DNA of 64,000 nucleotides from Lentibacter sp. (GTDB taxonomy: Bacteria; Pseudomonadota; Alphaproteobacteria; Rhodobacterales; Rhodobacteraceae), in assembly GCA_016744435.1 (NCBI GenBank), contig JADGEJ010000009.1, positions 620 through 64,619 of the forward strand, written 5' to 3'. Under the pieces are notes generated by a model, which was not told where the DNA came from, made no database searches, and saw only the letters and a program-made list of their open reading frames with translations. Positions 58,535-64,000 of the stretch are shown here, piece by piece (position 1 is the stretch's first letter; the number at the start of each line of letters is the position of its first letter). A program made the position numbers and the translations under genes.

Positions 58535-59335
58535 TCAGTCTTTCTTGAAAGCCAAACAAGGATCTTCACGCTCGGTTACGGGCGCGCTAACCACTTGGTC
58601 AAACGTGCCTTCAGCGCTGCGCCCGTCTTCAACCTGCCCCAGGGCAAAGACCGTCAGGTCAGGCTTCACACGTGCAAGATAGACAGGCAGGCCGCGGTCT
58701 TTTCTGGCATGGCCATTGCCTGTTATCACCGCAACTGGCCCGCCAGTTTCGTCTATCGCCCGCGCTACCGCGCGCGCCAAAGCGGCGTCGCGCAACCGTT
58801 GCAAGCTGACAAGGACGGGCAACATTTCTGCAGGCATCGCATCGCAGTGTGCCGCAAGCTGGTCGGCTTCGCGTGCCGTCTGCTCGGTTTCTGGCAGGGT
58901 CGTATCAAGGCCGTAGGCTGCGGCGTCAGCGCCAAACGTCTCAGCGATGCCAGTTTTCATGGCGGCCTGCATAGCGGGCCGATCAAGCAGAGCACCATAA
59001 AGCTTGGCATCTGGTGCGGCCTCAACAATTGGCCAATACATCTCGGCGTCTTCGCTGGCGCGGCCCCACCAGTTTAACTGGGCAAGCATGGCTGCTTTGT
59101 CGTGCCGTATGTCTGCACTCACACCCTTTGCGGCCTCGTTTGAGAACATCTCGAAAACCAGCGCTTTCGGGGCAAGGCCAGATACCCACTCTGCCTGAGT
59201 GGTGTGATGGTGCGGATTGTCATGAAGCTCTCCGAGTAACACCACGTCAGTTTGCGGGTAGCTTTCGGCATTAGGAGAGGTCGCAGTAAGGGTGAGTAAA
59301 AGAATCAGGTATTTCATCCCCCATGTGTGCCTCAC
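58535..59335 (-). CDS. chaN: ChaN-family (heme-binding, Tiki/erythromycin-esterase-like) lipoprotein/periplasmic protein
   Basis: Signal peptide MKYLILLLTLTATS and the GExHD-type motif VVLLGELHDNPHHH. The start is either GTG 59335 or ATG 59317. Confidence 0.7.
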   Translation of the reverse strand: MRHTWGMKYLILLLTLTATSPNAESYPQTDVVLLGELHDNPHHHTTQAEWVSGLAPKALVFEMFSNEAAKGVSADIRHDKAAMLAQLNWWGRASEDAEMYWPIVEAAPDAKLYGALLDRPAMQAAMKTGIAETFGADAAAYGLDTTLPETEQTAREADQLAAHCDAMPAEMLPVLVSLQRLRDAALARAVARAIDETGGPVAVITGNGHARKDRGLPVYLARVKPDLTVFALGQVEDGRSAEGTFDQVVSAPVTEREDPCLAFKKD

Positions 59336-59522
59336 TCGTTCTCTATACTCAAGCCTTTAGTTAATCTTGCAGCAACGGCTCAATCGGAATGCCGCTTTTC
59401 ACGTGCAACGCAGCAATTGGCGGCTAGGCTTGTCCAAGTTCCAATCCAAATGGTTCACCCCAGACTTGCCGGAGAAATAACGCAGGGCCTCGTTGGTCAG
59501 TTCGCTTGGGTTGCGATTAATC

Positions 59523-59537
59523 CGACAAAAACACTCA
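59523..59537. promoter_or_regulatory. Iron-responsive operator-like motif, copy 2 (CGACAAAAACACTCA)
   Basis: It forms a direct repeat with 59550-59564 (14/15 identical). It lies about 100 nt upstream of hemP. Confidence 0.5.
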
Positions 59538-59549
59538 GGTTGACTTAGG

Positions 59550-59564
59550 TGACAAAAACACTCA
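59550..59564. promoter_or_regulatory. Iron-responsive operator-like motif, copy 3 (TGACAAAAACACTCA; TGA-N9-TCA)
   Basis: It lies 73 nt upstream of the hemP ATG and matches the reverse complement of the hmuR/hmuS box at 14/15 positions. Confidence 0.55.
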
Positions 59565-59636
59565 GATAATAACTGACAGCCACCCCGCTGATTCGTAATT
59601 GGGGAAGCCAGACCCGAATTCGAATGAGACCCAAGC

Positions 59637-59825
59637 ATGACGGAAACCGACAGCAACAAACCGATAGCGAGCCGTGGACCTACTGAAAAGCGGGCGGCTC
59701 AACCTATTCCCAGACACACAGCAAGCGAATTGATGGAACGCGGAACACTCGCACATATTGATCACGATGAGCAAACCTACACGCTGCGCATTACGCGTGC
59801 GGGTAAGTTGATCTTGACCAAATGA
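59637..59825 (+). CDS. hemP: Hemin uptake protein HemP
   Basis: 62 aa ending in HDEQTYTLRITRAGKLILTK, the HemP family signature. Confidence 0.8.
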   Translation: MTETDSNKPIASRGPTEKRAAQPIPRHTASELMERGTLAHIDHDEQTYTLRITRAGKLILTK

Positions 59826-60298
59826 GCCACGCGGTACCCCATAGAGGCGGTGCGCCTGTCGGGTTCATACAGGAACTTCCCGCGCTGGAAGAGCGTGCAG
59901 TCATGTGCTTGCGTTTGTGGCACACAGGCAAGCACGAGCGTCACCAGGTCTGCAGAGATTTTGACCATCTGCTCGGCAATGAGATGGCGCTGTCAGCTGT
60001 TGAGTCTCTTGAGCAGATTTGCGAGCTTTGCACCCGACACGCCCGTCGCCCCCTGATGCGCCACCATGTGACTTGCAAGTGCTTAGGCGCCGATGAGGCC
60101 TGCTTTGCGAACTTCATAGGAGCTGCCGCAGAGGGTGAGCGCGAAGATGCGATGCTGATAGCAACGCTTCTGATACGCCACGACTTTGCGCCTTCACTCG
60201 TTAGCTTGGCCGAAAACCTGGGCCTCGCGCTCAAGCATATGACGCGGGACAAAACTGGCCTGCGATCCCTCAACCCCATCTCAAATTCGGTTCACTAA
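59822..60298 (+). CDS. Cys-rich hypothetical protein, translationally coupled to hemP
   Basis: The ATG overlaps the hemP stop as ATGA. 158 aa with 7 Cys, including ICELC and TCKC. I recognise no family. Confidence 0.5.
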   Translation: MSHAVPHRGGAPVGFIQELPALEERAVMCLRLWHTGKHERHQVCRDFDHLLGNEMALSAVESLEQICELCTRHARRPLMRHHVTCKCLGADEACFANFIGAAAEGEREDAMLIATLLIRHDFAPSLVSLAENLGLALKHMTRDKTGLRSLNPISNSVH

Positions 60299-60309
60299 AA
60301 GGAATACAC

Positions 60310-61572
60310 ATGAAACGTGCACTACTTCTCTCGACGGCAATCTGTCTCGGTGCCTCAGCACAAGCAAAGGCAGCCGAAATGGCCGAGGTGCTCGACACTT
60401 ACGCCAACATTGCCGAAGCCGCGTTTGGCGACAGCCTGACGACAGCCAAAACACTGCAGGCCTCTGTGGATGCGTTCGTTGCCGAGCCATCAGCCGAAAA
60501 CCTGCAGGCCGCGCGCGCCGCTTGGCTCGCTTCTCGCGTTCCCTATCAGCAAACCGAAGTGTACCGCTTTGGCAACGCCATCGTTGACGACTGGGAAGGT
60601 AAAGTGAACGCCTGGCCACTTGACGAAGGCCTGATTGACTATGTCGACGGCGGCTATGGTGGCCCGTCTGATGAAAACGAACATGCTGTCTTGAACGTTG
60701 TGGCCAATCCGGGCTTCACGCTCTCAGGCAAAGAGATCGATGCGAGCGAGATCACGCCAAAGCTGTTGGCCGAAACACTGCACGAGGCCGACGGTATCGA
60801 AGCCAATGTCGCCACAGGTTATCACGCGATCGAGTTCCTGCTTTGGGGGCAAGACCTGAACGGCCACAGCGCGGGCGCGGGCAACCGCAGCTATACTGAC
60901 TACATTCAAGGCGACGCCTGCACAGGCGGTAACTGTGACCGACGCGCAGCATACCTGACAGCTGCAACAGCGCTTCTGGTGTCTGACCTTGAATGGATGA
61001 CTGCTCAGTGGGCAGACGGTGGCGCAGGCCGCACGGCACTGGGCGAAAGCGAAGCAGCGGGTATTTCAACGATGCTCACGGGCATGGGCTCGCTGTCATA
61101 TGGTGAGCAAGCTGGTGAGCGCATGCGCCTTGGGCTGATGCTCAACGACCCGGAAGAAGAGCATGACTGCTTCTCGGACAACACTCACAACAGCCACTAC
61201 TACGACGGTCTTGGTGTGCAGAATGTTTACCTTGGCGAATATGTGCGCGTTGACGGCACGCTTGTTTCGGGCCCGTCACTGTCAGACCTGGTCGCAAGTG
61301 CAGACGCGGGCCTTGACACCGAGATGAAAACCAAGCTGTCCACAACGATGATGTCGCTTGGTCGGATCAAATCAGCTGCGGAAGCTGGCTTTGCTTACGA
61401 TCAGATGCTTGAGCAGGGCAACACAGCGGGCGAAGCGCTTGTAATGGGTGGTGTGAACGGCCTGATTGACCAGACCAAAACGATCGAACGCATCGTCGCC
61501 AAACTCGAGATCGAGCAGATCGAGTTTGAAGGCTCAGACAGCCTTGACAATCCGACAGCAGTCTTCGAATAA
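60310..61572 (+). CDS. Imelysin-family (IrpA / peptidase M75-like) periplasmic protein
   Basis: Signal peptide, then LDTYANIAEAAFGDSL, AARAAWLASRVPYQQTEVYRFGN and VNAWPLDEGLIDYV, which fit the imelysin pattern. Confidence 0.75.
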   Translation: MKRALLLSTAICLGASAQAKAAEMAEVLDTYANIAEAAFGDSLTTAKTLQASVDAFVAEPSAENLQAARAAWLASRVPYQQTEVYRFGNAIVDDWEGKVNAWPLDEGLIDYVDGGYGGPSDENEHAVLNVVANPGFTLSGKEIDASEITPKLLAETLHEADGIEANVATGYHAIEFLLWGQDLNGHSAGAGNRSYTDYIQGDACTGGNCDRRAAYLTAATALLVSDLEWMTAQWADGGAGRTALGESEAAGISTMLTGMGSLSYGEQAGERMRLGLMLNDPEEEHDCFSDNTHNSHYYDGLGVQNVYLGEYVRVDGTLVSGPSLSDLVASADAGLDTEMKTKLSTTMMSLGRIKSAAEAGFAYDQMLEQGNTAGEALVMGGVNGLIDQTKTIERIVAKLEIEQIEFEGSDSLDNPTAVFE

Positions 61573-61650
61573 ACCAGTTCCCTCGGTTGGATCACAAGCC
61601 GCCGCCAGTGGTCGGCCATGGGAAGTTTACACACCTAAAGGACTAAAAGA

Positions 61651-62259
61651 ATGAAAACCCAATACCTGCTCGCGGGCGCTTTGGCGCTTGCGCTCCCATC
61701 GGTTACTTCGGCCAACGAAGTTGAATTCTCAGGCGAAGTTGGCATCAACCTCGCAACGTCGGGCGGCTCGACAGAAACAACAGCCTCTGCCGCGGCGGAA
61801 GTGTCGTACGGCGGTGCTTTCTTTGGCGCTGAAATGGAGTCTCTTTACAAGGATCCGGCAGACGATATTGAGGTCACACTAACCTTGGGCTACTCCTTCG
61901 AGCTTGGCTCGGATACCGAGGTGACGGTGTCATACTCACGCATTTACCTGGACAACAGCGGCTTCAGCTCGCATGAAGCGGCCATCGCACTTGGCTTCCC
62001 AATCTCCGACAACGTGAGTGCAGGCGTTGAAGTTGTTCGTGACCTTACTGGAAAATCAACCGACATCAGCCTCGGGGCTGAGTTCGGGCTTGGCAATGGC
62101 TTCACCGGAGAAGCTCTGGTCGGGTATGACGGGGCAGACAGCTATGCCGAAGCAGGCGTGTCATACGATTTCTCTGACAACGTTTCAGCGGGTTTCCTCC
62201 TGGAAGTTGCCGAGCACTCCAAGCCAACCTACAACTTTGGCCTAACCTACTCGTTCTAA
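61651..62259 (+). CDS. Small outer-membrane beta-barrel protein
   Basis: Signal peptide ending in SVTSANE, alternating amphipathic strands, and a C-terminal ...FGLTYSF. Confidence 0.65.
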   Translation: MKTQYLLAGALALALPSVTSANEVEFSGEVGINLATSGGSTETTASAAAEVSYGGAFFGAEMESLYKDPADDIEVTLTLGYSFELGSDTEVTVSYSRIYLDNSGFSSHEAAIALGFPISDNVSAGVEVVRDLTGKSTDISLGAEFGLGNGFTGEALVGYDGADSYAEAGVSYDFSDNVSAGFLLEVAEHSKPTYNFGLTYSF

Positions 62260-62287
62260 ACGCGTAAGCTGTTCATTAAGCTTAAAG

Positions 62288-62319
62288 CCGGGGTCTTAAC
62301 GGGCCCCGGTTACTTTTTT
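62288..62319 (+). terminator. Rho-independent terminator after the OMP gene
   Basis: Stem ccggggtc/ggccccgg (8 bp including one G-U pair), a 6-nt loop, then ttactttttt. Confidence 0.7.
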
Positions 62320-62437
62320 GTCAGATCAAAACAGCATGTCCTGCGACAAAACCTCTATCCTTAGTATTTTGATCAGTTATTTCTGGCCGTGTCCGCACTT
62401 TCAACTTATGAAGTAGGTGAAACCGAGGCCAAAAGAC

Positions 62438-63979
62438 ATGCACAACAGATTCGCCCATAGATGGGAAAAGAAAATCCTCCCGTTCTTTGCTCTTTGCGTA
62501 TGGGCAGGCGCTGCGCCAGCCCAGAGCTTGAACGACGTGCATCTCAAGTTTATTCCCCGAACCGCCGAAGAGAGCATGCGGATCAAGGCTGTCACAACTC
62601 CAACTGACGACTTTAGCGCCCCTTCAAAGTTTGAAGAGCTCTCGGCAGGTGCGGCCACTGTCCGCGCGCGGCGCACGCCTGACGCTTTCTCGCAGCCTTC
62701 GGCCAACATAGGCTTTGATGGTGAGCTGAACTTCAAAGTCGGCAATGGGCTCTTTCGTAAGCTCTGGGTTTCATCACCGGCATCGACGCTGGCCTCCGAC
62801 GGTCTCGGGCCGCTCTACAATGCGCGCTCCTGTCAGCGCTGCCACGTCAAAGACGGGCGCGGCCACCCGCCCGAGGGGCCCGATGACAGCTCTATCTCGA
62901 TGTTCATGCGTATCTCTATACCTGGCGCGCCAGAGGATGAAATCGCAGAGATCGAAGACTATATAGCCACCCGTGCCGACCCGAACTACGGAAGGCAGAT
63001 CCAAGACTTCGCACTCGCGGGCCACGCGGCCGAAGCGCAGATGCAGATCGAGTACACCGAGATCGACGTGCCGCTCTCAGACGGCGAAACTGCCTCGCTA
63101 CGTGCGCCGACTTACACCGCCGCCAGCCTCGGCTATGGCCCGCTTCACCCCGAGGCAATGCTCAGCCCTCGCGTGGCACCTCAGATGATCGGGCTCGGCC
63201 TTCTTGAGGCCATCCCTGCTGCTGATATCTTGGCCAGCGCAGACCCCGACGACAAAGACGACGACGGTATCTCAGGCCGCGCCAATGTGGTCTGGTCGAT
63301 CGAATATGATCAGCCGATGCTGGGCCGCTTTGGCCTGAAGGCGGGCTCTCCAACGGTCAAACATCAGTCGGCGGGTGCCTTTGCGGGCGACATTGGGATA
63401 TCCAACCCGCTCTTTCCGACGCCGCAGGGCGAGTGCACTAGCCTACAAGCCGAGTGTTTGGCAGCCCCCCACGGCGACGGTGATGTGCGCGGCCACGAAG
63501 TCGATGGCGAAGGGCTCGATCTTGTCACCTTCTACAGCCAGAACCTCGCGGTTCCCAAGCGCCGCGATGTTGGCGCCCCTGAGGTTCTACGCGGCAAAGA
63601 GCTGTTTTACACAACCGGCTGCACGAGCTGCCACCAGCCTTCTTACGTCACCCACCGGCTTGAAAATCAGCCAGCCCAGAGCTTTCAGCTGATCTGGCCC
63701 TACACTGACATGCTGCTCCATGACATGGGCGAAGGGCTGGCCGACAATCGCCCCGAAGCCCGTGCGACGGGCCAAGAGTGGCGCACACCGCCACTTTGGG
63801 GCGTCGGCCTGACAGAGCGAGTCAGTGGGCACACCTACTTCTTACATGACGGGCGCGCGCGTTCACTTCTGGAAGCTGTCCTCTGGCATGGCGGTGAAGC
63901 AGGGGCTATTAAGGACACCGTGGTCAACATGCCCAAAGAAGACCGCGACGCTCTTATCCGCTTCTTGGAGAGTTTATGA
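62438..63979 (+). CDS. DUF1111-family di-heme cytochrome c (peroxidase-like) protein
   Basis: Two CxxCH motifs (CQRCH, CTSCH), a signal peptide, and the conserved FLHDGRARSLLEAVLWHGGEA. I prefer the ATG at 62438 over the GTG at 62417. Confidence 0.75.
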   Translation: MHNRFAHRWEKKILPFFALCVWAGAAPAQSLNDVHLKFIPRTAEESMRIKAVTTPTDDFSAPSKFEELSAGAATVRARRTPDAFSQPSANIGFDGELNFKVGNGLFRKLWVSSPASTLASDGLGPLYNARSCQRCHVKDGRGHPPEGPDDSSISMFMRISIPGAPEDEIAEIEDYIATRADPNYGRQIQDFALAGHAAEAQMQIEYTEIDVPLSDGETASLRAPTYTAASLGYGPLHPEAMLSPRVAPQMIGLGLLEAIPAADILASADPDDKDDDGISGRANVVWSIEYDQPMLGRFGLKAGSPTVKHQSAGAFAGDIGISNPLFPTPQGECTSLQAECLAAPHGDGDVRGHEVDGEGLDLVTFYSQNLAVPKRRDVGAPEVLRGKELFYTTGCTSCHQPSYVTHRLENQPAQSFQLIWPYTDMLLHDMGEGLADNRPEARATGQEWRTPPLWGVGLTERVSGHTYFLHDGRARSLLEAVLWHGGEAGAIKDTVVNMPKEDRDALIRFLESL

Positions 63980-64000
63980 TGATACGTTCCTTAACTGCGC
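63976..64000 (+). CDS. Start of a downstream gene (truncated by the window end)
   Basis: The ATG overlaps the DUF1111 stop as ATGA, and MMIRSLTA... follows. Only 8 codons are visible, so I cannot name a product. Confidence 0.3.

Overview
This is a high-GC (about 58-60% by eye) chromosomal segment that looks alphaproteobacterial, probably Rhodobacterales-like. That placement is inferred from gene content (petABC, ExbBD-TonB heme locus, RTX proteins, TTAA-N7-TTAA boxes). From left to right it contains five blocks. (1) Core genes: thiPQ, the cytochrome bc1 operon, small regulators, and a GST-TPR-PhnD-like operon. (2) An accessory glycan island of about 30.6 kb (11.2-41.8 kb). It holds two RTX proteins whose 3' ends form near-identical inverted repeats bracketing 21.5 kb. 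It also holds a DUF2793 tail-fibre-like gene, two very large Capsule_synth (KpsC/KpsS-like) proteins, and a pseudaminic-acid operon (pseB-C-F-G-X-Y-I) in which the pseH slot is occupied by an ATP-grasp ligase plus an SDR. The rest of the island is kpsM / kpsE-kpsT export genes, manC, and a second nonulosonic-acid module (NeuA-HAD fusion, GT42 sialyltransferase, AGE-family epimerase, short NeuB paralog). (3) Core paiB-GST-mtaB-dapF and tRNA-Lys(UUU). (4) A single-gene Type IIG-like restriction-modification enzyme next to the tRNA, carrying an internal low-GC cassette. (5) A heme/iron uptake block: hmuR, hmuSTUV, a VOC gene, exbB-exbD-exbD-tonB, chaN, hemP, and imelysin-OMP-DUF1111. This block has three copies of a 15-nt TGACAAAAACA[G/C]TCA operator-like motif. 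I saw no CRISPR array, transposase, integrase or rRNA. My best candidate for an undescribed system is the inverted-repeat-bracketed capsule island with two nonulosonic acids, its non-canonical Pse pathway, and the giant TPR-GT107-like protein co-transcribed with it. All family calls come from motif recognition by eye; no database search was run.
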